Shown piece by piece: positions 29,634 through 40,038 of a stretch of 64,000 bases of DNA. The notes beneath the pieces were generated by a model, which saw only the letters and a list, made by a program, of their open reading frames with translations, did no database searches and was not told the origin of the DNA. Position numbers and translations under genes: made by a program. Each line of letters starts with the position of its first letter. The stretch's first letter is position 1. The stretch is from Bacteroidia bacterium (GTDB taxonomy: Bacteria > Bacteroidota > Bacteroidia > NS11-12g > UBA9320): NCBI GenBank assembly GCA_965216465.1, contig CBDCFW010000005.1, positions 256,001 to 320,000 of the forward strand. Reading direction: 5' to 3'.

Positions 29634-30196
29634 TTCGCTAATTCAATCGTTTTTTTTTCCTCATTGGCCTTGAGTACAAGAATTTCTTGTAGTCTCTTTC
29701 TGGCTGAGTTTAAGTGCCAACGGCTAGTACTTGGGTTGATGTTCAGCATCTCTCCTATCTCGTTATGACTAAACCCATCAATAGCATAGAGATTAAATAC
29801 CGTTTTAGCCATAGCAGGGAGTTCGTTTAAAATAAGCAACAAGTCTCGTTGTTCGAGGTGCCTGAGCCCGTCATTGTATTCTACTTCTACTGGAACTTCT
29901 TGTAAATCTTCCATGTGAACATCCCATATGCGCCTCTGAGATTTTCTAAACTCATCGATGCAGTTATTAATGACTACATTTCTGATCCAGGTAGCTAAGC
30001 TGTACTTCTTATTGTATTTCGTGATGTTTTTAAGCACCTTATAAAAACCAGAATTGATAAGCCTAGACTTATCATCTTCTTGGAATTCATACCGAGAAAC
30101 AACATTCTTCATCAACGGATAATAGGCCTCATACAAAGCACTCTGACATCGCCTGTCATTCTTTTTACAGCCTGCTATGATTTCTTTTTCCGTCAT
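29630..30196 (-). CDS. ECF RNA polymerase sigma factor
   Basis: CQSALYEAY, WIRNVVINNCIDEFRK, VFNLYAIDGFSHNEIGEML, STSRWHLNSARKRL. Confidence 0.95.
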   Translation of the reverse strand: MTEKEIIAGCKKNDRRCQSALYEAYYPLMKNVVSRYEFQEDDKSRLINSGFYKVLKNITKYNKKYSLATWIRNVVINNCIDEFRKSQRRIWDVHMEDLQEVPVEVEYNDGLRHLEQRDLLLILNELPAMAKTVFNLYAIDGFSHNEIGEMLNINPSTSRWHLNSARKRLQEILVLKANEEKKTIELAK

Positions 30197-30199
30197 GTT

Positions 30200-30220
30200 A
30201 AAAGGGGAGCATTGCTCCCC
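30200..30220 (-). terminator. Hairpin plus short U tract directly before the ECF start codon
   Basis: Minus strand GGGGAGC-AAT-GCTCCCC-TTTT-AAC-ATG. Confidence 0.7.
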
Positions 30221-30240
30221 TATATATTCAAGAGCTTGTC

Positions 30241-32172
30241 CTAGTTCTCAATGTTTATTTTTCTTACCGTTGTATAGCCATCAATCGTAATTTTTGCGAT
30301 ATACATCCCTTGCATTTGGTTGTTTAATTCAACCTGTAATTCCGATCCTGTACCTTCAGCGTTGTGTACTAACATACCTAAGGTGTTGTACACCTGAACG
30401 TTTATGTCATGATTTTGTGCATCGTTCATGCTCACTTTGAAGTTTCCATTGTTTGGATTCGGGAATACCTGAATTTGTCCTTCAATTCGTTCTTGAATAC
30501 TTAGAATGTCTCGTTCGTCTAAGACATTGATACTGAAGCCATCTGCCTTGTAGTACTTTCCATTCTCATCCATGCCAATGGTATCACAATATTGGCTGTT
30601 ACAGCTCGATGCCTCATCAGTAATGGTTAAACACAACTCATAATTTCCGAAATCAGCATAATGGTGCTCAGGAGTCGGAGATGTTGATGTAGACCCATCA
30701 CCAAATTCCCATAAGTACTTAGCCTTTTTTGCTACTTTGGTACTATTGTTCACAATAAACATGGTGAATTTAATTGAGGTATCTTTTGCTACATAATAAG
30801 AAGCAGAACAGAAGTTGGCTTCGTTCGTACTTATCTCTTTACAGAGTGAATCGCACACCACTCCGTCTGCATTCAGCACATATAAGCATGCTGTAAATGT
30901 TGAAGCACTAGAATAAGTATGACTAACACTGTTTGAAGTAGTGGTGTCTCGTGAACCGTCACCAAAGTCCCAAATTCTTGAACCACCAGCACCAACAGAG
31001 TCGGTAAACGTTACCTGTGTTCCATTCACTTGAGCAGAGAAAGCTGGTGTTGGACAAGGAAGTATATTGATGCATAATGGTAATGCATTGGTCAGGTAAC
31101 CGGAATAGTCAACTAGACCATAAACATTGATATTATCAGCATAATCAGAGATAAATGAATCAATTTTTGAGGTATCGGTAGTATTCCAGTAGTTTGAAGT
31201 TAGGTCAATAGAAACATGCGTCGCAGGATCTGAATTGTATCCATAAACACGCACTTTTTGATCGCCAACTAAGAAATTATTATTGCTAATATTCAGCGTA
31301 GGGTTTACACTTCCGTTTCCAAAGTTTTGAATGGTAAGCATGTGATCATAGCTGATTCTAGCTGTAAATGAATCGAGAGTATTGTCTGTAAAGTCAAGCG
31401 TATAACTGTTGCTATTACCTCTCAAATCAAGAACAATACCACTTCTGATGTGCTCATAAAGATTACAAGATATTTCAGCGTCTTTTTGTTGCATGTAAAC
31501 AATATCTTCTAAATGCAGATAGTGATTTTTGTGCACATAATAAGTCCCTCCCCGAATATCGGCGGCACGAGCATAACTTAGCTCAGAATTTGTAATATTG
31601 GTATGTGTAAGATTACCAGATACATGCAATATCGTGCCTTGATAATAGTTGCCAGATCCAATTACTCCAGATAGTGTAGAGTTATCGATGTCAAGTGTAT
31701 TCGCTTCTGTACTCGACCCTCTAAAGTATATCGCATAGTAGCCATTATACAAATAAGAGTTTGTCACTTTTAGAGATGTAGTAGTTACGTCGATTGTCAT
31801 TTTTGCAACCCCTTCTCCTTTAATGTCAGCATAATTGATAAACGCTCCTTCACCAGTAGCAGAATTATAGTCGACTGCCTCTTTAGTATACTTTATCAAT
31901 AAGCCAGACACGTATACAATAGAATCTGCGTTACCAAGTAGCTGAAACTCTCCATCAACTTGAAGTTGAACACTGCTTCCTTGAATTTCTGCCCCTGGCA
32001 TAACTTTTACAGACACACCAGAGTCGATTAAGGTATTATTACTAATTAGATAGGGACTGCCAGCAGCTGTCCAAACCTGATCAGTTGAAATGATAGGTCC
32101 AACCGTTGTTTGGGCCGTTGTGGTAAACGTAATAGATAAAGCCAGATAAAAGAGTAAATTTTTAATTTTCAT
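30241..32172 (-). CDS. T9SS cargo: beta-helix-like N-terminus, two PKD domains, type A CTD
   Basis: WTAAGSPYLI, NYWNTTD, WDFGDG and WEFGDG, VFPNPNNG...GMY...RKINIEN. Confidence 0.88.
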   Translation of the reverse strand: MKIKNLLFYLALSITFTTTAQTTVGPIISTDQVWTAAGSPYLISNNTLIDSGVSVKVMPGAEIQGSSVQLQVDGEFQLLGNADSIVYVSGLLIKYTKEAVDYNSATGEGAFINYADIKGEGVAKMTIDVTTTSLKVTNSYLYNGYYAIYFRGSSTEANTLDIDNSTLSGVIGSGNYYQGTILHVSGNLTHTNITNSELSYARAADIRGGTYYVHKNHYLHLEDIVYMQQKDAEISCNLYEHIRSGIVLDLRGNSNSYTLDFTDNTLDSFTARISYDHMLTIQNFGNGSVNPTLNISNNNFLVGDQKVRVYGYNSDPATHVSIDLTSNYWNTTDTSKIDSFISDYADNINVYGLVDYSGYLTNALPLCINILPCPTPAFSAQVNGTQVTFTDSVGAGGSRIWDFGDGSRDTTTSNSVSHTYSSASTFTACLYVLNADGVVCDSLCKEISTNEANFCSASYYVAKDTSIKFTMFIVNNSTKVAKKAKYLWEFGDGSTSTSPTPEHHYADFGNYELCLTITDEASSCNSQYCDTIGMDENGKYYKADGFSINVLDERDILSIQERIEGQIQVFPNPNNGNFKVSMNDAQNHDINVQVYNTLGMLVHNAEGTGSELQVELNNQMQGMYIAKITIDGYTTVRKINIEN

Positions 32173-32289
32173 TTGTTAAAGTTTTTCTACTTACATATAC
32201 GTAGGTAAATATACCATGTGTTTGGTTGATTTAATTTTTTTTTGAATTGAATTCTATTTCTTGCTGAATTATATTGGCTGTCCCCTAAG

Positions 32290-32865
32290 ATGAGATACAA
32301 AGAATTTAACGTTAATCGGGTACTAGATAAATGCATTAATCAATTTTGGATTGACGGCTACGAGAACACCTCAATTCAGCAATTGGTTGATGTAACAAAT
32401 GTCAACCGATTCTCATTGTACAATGAATTTGAGAACAAACATGGAATTCTGTTGGCTACTATTGATCGTTATCGTCAGCAAGTCGTGATTAATCGGGTAG
32501 CTATACTAGAGTCTGCCAGTGAATCTGCACTTGAGCAAAGCCGAAAATTCTTTTATGCTCACATTGAAGATCAAACTGATCATCCCGAAGGTTGCTACTT
32601 ATTTACCGTTGCAACCGAACTAGCAGACAAAGATGCTGAGGTTCATAAAATTCTTCAGCAATACTTAAAAATATTGGAAGAAGCATTTCTTAAAGCTTTC
32701 CTTGCTGAATTTGAGACCAACGACGCTGAATTTATTACTAGACATCTGGTTGGACTTTTTTGTGCTTCCATGTGTTTCTGTCTGATTCAAGACTATGGCG
32801 AAAGAAAAACATTAATTGACAATGGTCTTAAAGTAATAACCAATAAATTTCCTGTACATGCCTAG
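32290..32865 (+). CDS. TetR/AcrR family regulator (first of pair)
   Basis: FWIDGYENTSIQQL...SLYNEFENKHGI HTH; EGCYL. Confidence 0.93.
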   Translation: MRYKEFNVNRVLDKCINQFWIDGYENTSIQQLVDVTNVNRFSLYNEFENKHGILLATIDRYRQQVVINRVAILESASESALEQSRKFFYAHIEDQTDHPEGCYLFTVATELADKDAEVHKILQQYLKILEEAFLKAFLAEFETNDAEFITRHLVGLFCASMCFCLIQDYGERKTLIDNGLKVITNKFPVHA

Positions 32866-33433
32866 AAAAATTAATAGCTCATACGAAGATTTAGTGTTGA
32901 AAGCGCAAAACTTATTTTGGGTTAATGGTTACAAAGCTGTTACCCCTGAGCAGCTTGCAAAGCATCTTGACGTTAGTGTTTCTTCGATTTATAATAAGTA
33001 TACCAAAGAACTCCTTTTTGTTGATTCACTGGATGCTTATATTAAGTTTAGTTCCGACCCTGTTCTTCAACAAATCAGAAATACTGACCTTGGTATTGAG
33101 TCTTTCAGGTCTTTCTTCTATTTATTAATTGATGCACTACTGGATGGCAGCTTCCCTCGTTCTTGCTTGGTTGTAAATACCGTAGTAGAAATACGTAAAG
33201 AAAGCGATCGTGTTTGCGATTTTTACGAGAAGTACTTTGGCAACATGGAAGAAAGTTATCGGATGGTTCTTGAACGAGCAGTAAAGCTTGGAGAAATTAA
33301 ACACCCTGAACGATTGCAAGAATATAATGAGTTTCTTCAAAACATAATTTTTAGCATGAGCATTCTTTATCGCGTAAAAAGTAAAGAAGAACTTCGCTCC
33401 TATGTTGATGAACAATTGTCTATGATTGTTTAG
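32858..33433 (+). CDS. TetR/AcrR family regulator (second of pair)
   Basis: FWVNGYKAVT...SSIYNKYTKELLF; RSCLVVNT; 8-nt overlap with the first. Confidence 0.92.
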   Translation: MPRKINSSYEDLVLKAQNLFWVNGYKAVTPEQLAKHLDVSVSSIYNKYTKELLFVDSLDAYIKFSSDPVLQQIRNTDLGIESFRSFFYLLIDALLDGSFPRSCLVVNTVVEIRKESDRVCDFYEKYFGNMEESYRMVLERAVKLGEIKHPERLQEYNEFLQNIIFSMSILYRVKSKEELRSYVDEQLSMIV

Positions 33434-33504
33434 TTTCTGAACGCTTTTTTTTAAAGGACTTTTTTCAGCTTCTACTTTCGCTTTAGAATTTAGAAATACA
33501 AAAC

Positions 33505-33927
33505 ATGGAAAAAGTAAATGTAACAAAAACAATCAACGTTTCAGCTCAAGCTGCTTGGAAAACCCTATCATCATTTAGAGATATTGAGAACTTCTCACCT
33601 ATCGCTCGTTCAGTAGTAACTGGAGAAGGTGAAGGAGCAAAAAGAGTATGCTATATGCCTGATAATGCAGAAATCAATGAAGTCTTGAGCGTAGTTGACA
33701 ATAGTAATATGGAGTTTCAATACAAGATTATCACGGGACCATTTCCCGTAACCAATTATCTAAGTACAGTACGCGTAAAAGAAGTATCTGAAAACTCATG
33801 TGAAGTATCTTGGGGATCGCAATACGAAACATCAGAAGAAAATGCAGCTGCAATGAAAGAACTCTTTGCAGGATTTTATAATGTAATTATTGACAGCCTT
33901 CCTGAGTATATCAGCTCATTAAACTAA
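33505..33927 (+). CDS. SRPBCC / polyketide cyclase-like ligand-binding protein
   Basis: INVSAQAAWKTL, GEGAKR, YKIITGPFPVTNY. Confidence 0.88.
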   Translation: MEKVNVTKTINVSAQAAWKTLSSFRDIENFSPIARSVVTGEGEGAKRVCYMPDNAEINEVLSVVDNSNMEFQYKIITGPFPVTNYLSTVRVKEVSENSCEVSWGSQYETSEENAAAMKELFAGFYNVIIDSLPEYISSLN

Positions 33928-33948
33928 GAAACAATTAATTTAAGGATT

Positions 33949-33976
33949 AAGGGTCTCTGAAAGGAGGCCCTTTTTT
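33949..33976 (+). terminator. Intrinsic terminator
   Basis: GGGTCTCT-GAAA-GGAGGCCC-TTTTTT. Confidence 0.85.
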
Positions 33977-34009
33977 ATGCACCCATATATTTCGCTACAT
34001 TTGACAATT

Positions 34010-34513
34010 ATGCAAAAAGTCCAAATTCTATTCTTGCTATTCGGCCTATCTTTTTATTCGTATGCTCAAGACAGTGCTTGTGCGTGCTGCAGTGAAAACT
34101 ATCAGGACTTCAGTTTTTGGATTGGAGATTGGAATGTTTATGATACCTCCGGAAATCTAATAGGCGAAAATTTAATAACACTTGAAGAGAATGGATGTCT
34201 TATGAAAGAGCTATGGAAGTCAACATCAAAGTACACCGGACAAAGTATAAATTATTTCAATCGGAAAGACAGCACTTGGAACCAAGTTTGGGTTGATCAA
34301 GTGGGCATAGTTCTAGTACTTAAGGGACAAAAAAAGAACAATCAGATGATTATGAAAAGTGGTTTAGTTGAAGGCGAAAGGATTGATTTCTTTTACAACC
34401 AAATAACGTGGACCGATAATGAAGATGGCACAGTAACCCAACAATGGGATATTCTTGACAAATTTGGAAGTGTGCTGACTACCAGCTTCATAGGAATTTA
34501 TAAAAGAAAATAA
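34010..34513 (+). CDS. Secreted hypothetical beta-barrel-fold protein (FxFWIGDW family)
   Basis: Signal peptide from ATG 34010, 6 nt after TACATTTG; FSFWIGDWNV, WNQVWVD, DGTVTQQW. Confidence 0.75.
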   Translation: MQKVQILFLLFGLSFYSYAQDSACACCSENYQDFSFWIGDWNVYDTSGNLIGENLITLEENGCLMKELWKSTSKYTGQSINYFNRKDSTWNQVWVDQVGIVLVLKGQKKNNQMIMKSGLVEGERIDFFYNQITWTDNEDGTVTQQWDILDKFGSVLTTSFIGIYKRK

Positions 34514-34723
34514 ATGAGTGAAAAGTTATCCGGTAAATACCGAAAGAATATTCAGATAGAAAGTGAAGTTGAAATTGTACAAAAACATCATCAACGCAGT
34601 GGTGAACTCACTTCAGGATTTGTAGCTAAAATCTTAACCAAATCACCGCAACATCCTCATGGCATAAAAGTACTGCTTGAAACTGGTGAAGTAGGTCGAG
34701 TAAAATGGGTGATTGAAGACTAA
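34514..34723 (+). CDS. YwbE family protein (DUF2196)
   Basis: QRSGELTSG, ILTKS, HPHGIKV, GEVGRV. Confidence 0.88.
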   Translation: MSEKLSGKYRKNIQIESEVEIVQKHHQRSGELTSGFVAKILTKSPQHPHGIKVLLETGEVGRVKWVIED

Positions 34724-35082
34724 GAATTGGTCCAATGCCTATTATGATTATGCTTAGCCCATACAGTCGTAATTAGCGTCATAATCAGAAATAATGCAGA
34801 TGCATAACCCACGGTTGGTGATATAGAAATATCAATTGATGCTTCAGGAAGGTAAGATTTGCCAGAACCTAAAACGGATCCAATCACCGTTAAACTAATC
34901 ATAACAATTCCTATAACAAACCACCCTGTTTTTGAAATTAAAGGCTCAGGTTGTGAAGCAACACTTTGACGTGCTTGCTGTAACACCTTGCTTGTAAAAT
35001 TTGAGCTCGGTGACTCTAATCCCTCGTCCTTAAATAAGGATGCTAAAACTTCATCTAATTTATCTTCTTTCTGCTTTGTCAT
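34720..35082 (-). CDS. Putative small membrane anti-sigma factor (2 TM)
   Basis: LESPSSNFTSKVL, EPLISK, two hydrophobic helices; overlaps the ECF 3' end. Confidence 0.7.
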   Translation of the reverse strand: MTKQKEDKLDEVLASLFKDEGLESPSSNFTSKVLQQARQSVASQPEPLISKTGWFVIGIVMISLTVIGSVLGSGKSYLPEASIDISISPTVGYASALFLIMTLITTVWAKHNHNRHWTNS

Positions 35083-35659
35083 AGGCTTCTAACAATTGAG
35101 GTTCAATTTTATCGATCATCAAATCATGCAGTTTCTTTCTTGAGCGATAGAGCTTAACCTTTACGTTACTAACAGACAGTTTCATAATCTTGCTTATTTC
35201 TTCTATTTTCAAATCTTCATAATAGAAAAAGGTCAAGATTAAGGCGTCTGTTGCCGGCAGTAAATTTAAGCATGTTTTTATACTTTTTGCCAGCTCTTTT
35301 TGCTCTAGTCCAGCAACTATATCATTCGAAACGTCGGCTACAGGCACTTCATCTATATGATCAAGCACTTGATGTTTCTTATTCTTCTTCAGATAATCGA
35401 GTGCTGTATTATATGCAATTCGATAAATCCAAGAAGAAAGTTTGGCTTTTCCATTGTACTTACCCAGCGACTTGAGCACCTTAATAAAGGTGTCTTGTGC
35501 AGCTTCTTCTGCTTCCTCCATTCGTCGTGTAATGCGTAATCCAATTGAATAAACCATCGCTTTGTACTCATCCACTAAAGTTTCAAATGCAGAAAAATCA
35601 CCCTTTTCAACTTGGGTTTTAATCTGATCAATGAGCTCAAGATCTTGAGAGTACTGCAT
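35060..35659 (-). CDS. ECF RNA polymerase sigma factor (SigW-like)
   Basis: AEEAAQDTF, WIYRIAYNTALD, NVKVKLYRSRKKL. Confidence 0.95.
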   Translation of the reverse strand: MQYSQDLELIDQIKTQVEKGDFSAFETLVDEYKAMVYSIGLRITRRMEEAEEAAQDTFIKVLKSLGKYNGKAKLSSWIYRIAYNTALDYLKKNKKHQVLDHIDEVPVADVSNDIVAGLEQKELAKSIKTCLNLLPATDALILTFFYYEDLKIEEISKIMKLSVSNVKVKLYRSRKKLHDLMIDKIEPQLLEAYDKAERR

Positions 35660-35671
35660 TTTGTTGAGTTA

Positions 35672-35698
35672 GACTACTAAATTAGTTATTAGGTTACA
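35672..35698 (-). promoter_or_regulatory. ECF promoter of the sigma gene (autoregulatory candidate)
   Basis: Minus strand TGTAACC-N16-AGTC. Confidence 0.75.
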
Positions 35699-35727
35699 CT
35701 CTAATGGAAGATTTTTTTTAGCTTAGT

Positions 35728-35754
35728 TGTAACCAAACCAATTTACTTGTCGTC
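35728..35754 (+). promoter_or_regulatory. ECF promoter of the divergent membrane protein gene
   Basis: TGTAACC-N16-CGTC. Confidence 0.78.
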
Positions 35755-35777
35755 AAAGCAGTTAAACAACACAAATT

Positions 35778-36122
35778 ATGGAAGAAATAGTATTATTTAT
35801 TAGCATGTTCGGGACAATATTCGGTATCGTATATTTATACCTAAGTACCCGAAACAAAGAACGATTAGCTCTTATTGAGAAAGGTGCTGACGCGAGTCTA
35901 TTTACAAAAGGGAAAAGACTAACTCCAATTTGGAAGGTGATTTTATTAAACCTAGCTCTTCTGGCGATGGGCATTGGTCTTGGTATTTTTATTGGTTCGT
36001 TAATGGTTGATGTGTTTGGTATGGATCAAGATGTTGGATACCCTGGAACTATATTCTTTATGGCAGGACTTTCTGTTTTAGTTGGGTTTTTCATCACTAA
36101 AAAGCTTGAGAAAGATCAATAA
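35778..36122 (+). CDS. Small 3-TM membrane protein (DUF6249-like)
   Basis: RNKERLALIEKG motif and three hydrophobic helices. Confidence 0.82.
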   Translation: MEEIVLFISMFGTIFGIVYLYLSTRNKERLALIEKGADASLFTKGKRLTPIWKVILLNLALLAMGIGLGIFIGSLMVDVFGMDQDVGYPGTIFFMAGLSVLVGFFITKKLEKDQ

Positions 36123-36229
36123 TTTTTCATATGCACAATTCGACCAGCAAGCTAATATTATAGACGTCAGTAGTTTGGCCGTGGTGAAGTTATCACATCT
36201 TCGACTAACTTTGTTCAAAACGAATTATC

Positions 36230-36832
36230 ATGAAAATTAAAATTACACTATTATTATCTCTATTAACTCTCTTCACTTTTTCTTATGCTCAAAATGAAGA
36301 AGGAAGCTCTGTAGTCACCGCAGGTGTTGGATACAGTCTGTTCAACAACATAATTACAACTGGACTAGAGGCGTTTGACGATGTGGAAGTCAGTGGAGTT
36401 CCAACTATCGCTGTTACTTATGACTATGCGATTACTGACAATTTCAGTATAGGACTGGCTGCAGCTCATCAAAGTGCGGGTGGCGAATTCTCAAACACCT
36501 TCCTAAACGACGATTTGAACGAGGTTACTGAGACAGCTAAAACCACCGTCTCAAGAACCAATGTTGCAATTCGCCCTTTGCTTCACTATGGAGGAAATGA
36601 TCAGTTAGACCTTTATTCCGGACTTCGTGTAGGTATGCTATTTAGAAGTATTGAAACCGAATCAACTGATCCAGATATTGATGTCTTAGGAGATTTTAAC
36701 GGTAGCAGATTCTCTTTAGGTTTAGTTGTATTTGGAATGCGTTATTTCTTTACTGACAATGTAGGAATTAATGCTGATTTACAGCTTGGAACTCCTTATG
36801 TTGTGTCAGGAGGTGTTGCAATCAAGTTCTAA
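36230..36832 (+). CDS. Small outer-membrane beta-barrel protein
   Basis: Signal peptide, amphipathic strands, GMRYFFTDNVG, C-terminal F; -7 box TAACTTTG at 36206-36213. Confidence 0.82.
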   Translation: MKIKITLLLSLLTLFTFSYAQNEEGSSVVTAGVGYSLFNNIITTGLEAFDDVEVSGVPTIAVTYDYAITDNFSIGLAAAHQSAGGEFSNTFLNDDLNEVTETAKTTVSRTNVAIRPLLHYGGNDQLDLYSGLRVGMLFRSIETESTDPDIDVLGDFNGSRFSLGLVVFGMRYFFTDNVGINADLQLGTPYVVSGGVAIKF

Positions 36833-36848
36833 TACAAAACGAATTCAT

Positions 36849-36880
36849 AAAAAAAGCCTTCCAAATTGGAAGGCTTTTTT
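36849..36880. terminator. Bidirectional intrinsic terminator (OMP gene / groEL)
   Basis: A7-GCCTTCCA-aat-TGGAAGGC-T6. Confidence 0.92.
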
Positions 36881-36898
36881 GTTTTATAAGGAATAATC

Positions 36899-38832
<1,934 letters not shown>

Positions 38833-38865
38833 TTTTATTTTTTTTAATAAACGTTGTTCTTGCTA

Positions 38866-38882
38866 TTTCACACACCATGCCA
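38866..38882 (-). promoter_or_regulatory. Sigma-54-like -24/-12 promoter of groESL
   Basis: Minus strand TGGCATGGTGTGTGAAA (GG-N10-GA); no TAnnTTTG box faces groES. Confidence 0.5.
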
Positions 38883-38935
38883 CTCTTTTAAAAAAGACAT
38901 TTTTTCACTATCTTTGAGGAACACGGTTTACACAT

Positions 38936-38948
38936 TGCCAGTTTGGCA
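38936..38948. promoter_or_regulatory. Palindromic operator/enhancer TGCCA-N3-TGGCA
   Basis: TGCCAgttTGGCA; weaker copy AGACAtttTTTCA at 38895-38907. Confidence 0.55.
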
Positions 38949-38962
38949 GAGGTATTACTACG

Positions 38963-39655
38963 ATGAAAATTACAGCTGACATATGGAATGAAGGCGATAA
39001 GGAAAAACGACATTTTCTGTGGTCGTTTTATTTGCAGCAGGTTGACCAATCTATTCGCAGCCTGAAGCTGTCTCCTCAATATCGGGAAGTTGTATCAAAT
39101 AAAGACGAAATGAAGCAATTAGTCAACTTCATCGATACTGTTCAAAATAATGACAAACAGTTAGTTGGTCTCGACCTTTCAGCCTTAAAGTTATTGTACG
39201 AGTCAAACCAAACGCAAGAAGGACTTCAGTCTCGACTCGAAGAAATTAAAAACGTCTTTATACCCCAACTCGACAAACGATACCATGAATATGCTCAGCT
39301 CAAAGACTTCCTTTATCAGAATATTACAATTGAACCGGTCGGAATTGAGAATCTGTATTCTAAAGAAGGCTATCTAATGCTTCACAATAAAGATGAGATG
39401 AATATTTATGCATACTCCTATTTCATCTCAAACTATGTAAATAACAAAAAGAGAAGTATCGTAAAGCTTAAACCCGTAAAGGTTATTCGCTATGGGCTAG
39501 AAACCAATCTGATTAATCAAAAGAAACTACTCAACAAGGCTCATCAATATCACCTGAATTGCTATTTCCTTGAAACAAAAATGGATATCCCCTTTCACTC
39601 GACATTTTTGCCGATAGCTAAAGGAAAAATAAGTAGATACTTAAAAAGTGCTTAG
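38963..39655 (+). CDS. Hypothetical cytoplasmic protein
   Basis: 230-aa ORF filling the gap; ITIEPVGI...YSKEGYL; -7 box TATCTTTG at 38909-38916. Confidence 0.75.
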   Translation: MKITADIWNEGDKEKRHFLWSFYLQQVDQSIRSLKLSPQYREVVSNKDEMKQLVNFIDTVQNNDKQLVGLDLSALKLLYESNQTQEGLQSRLEEIKNVFIPQLDKRYHEYAQLKDFLYQNITIEPVGIENLYSKEGYLMLHNKDEMNIYAYSYFISNYVNNKKRSIVKLKPVKVIRYGLETNLINQKKLLNKAHQYHLNCYFLETKMDIPFHSTFLPIAKGKISRYLKSA

Positions 39656-40032
39656 TTTAAGCTTCCGTCGTCAGCACCCTCTTCTTCAGGTCTGATATCT
39701 CCATTTGCAGGAGCACCTTCTTCAATAACGGGTGAAGTTGTTCCTCCTGAATTGAAAGAAGGACCAGAATTTTCAATACGATCTAAGAATTCGTTATCTT
39801 CAGTAACATCATCTGAGTAGATAAATCTGCTGCCTAAAGATAAAACAAGCAATGCTATAGCTAAAGTCCAAGTAGCTTTTTCAACAAAATCATTGGTTTT
39901 CTTAACCCCAGCAATCTGGTTCGCTGCAGAGAAATTAGCAGAGATTCCACCTCCTTTTGAATTTTGAATTAATACGATAAATATTAGGAGTATGGATGCG
40001 ATAATTGCTAAAACTATAAATAGTGTAAACAT
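39652..40032 (-). CDS. secG: Preprotein translocase subunit SecG
   Basis: LIQNSKGGG, GVKKTNDFVEKATW; 2 TM. Confidence 0.95.
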   Translation of the reverse strand: MFTLFIVLAIIASILLIFIVLIQNSKGGGISANFSAANQIAGVKKTNDFVEKATWTLAIALLVLSLGSRFIYSDDVTEDNEFLDRIENSGPSFNSGGTTSPVIEEGAPANGDIRPEEEGADDGSLN

Positions 40033-40038
40033 CTTCTT

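Noticed and set aside
35762-35974. 70-aa minus ORF opposite the DUF6249-like gene
   Set aside because: Antisense shadow; the plus gene has the family motif and an ECF promoter.
38833-38962. CIRCE element before groES
   Set aside because: TTAGCACTC-N9-GAGTGCTAA is absent; only a partial GAGTGGCA belonging to the -24-like element.
38888-39079. 63-aa minus ORF upstream of groES
   Set aside because: Overlaps the plus gene and the regulatory sites; no coding features.
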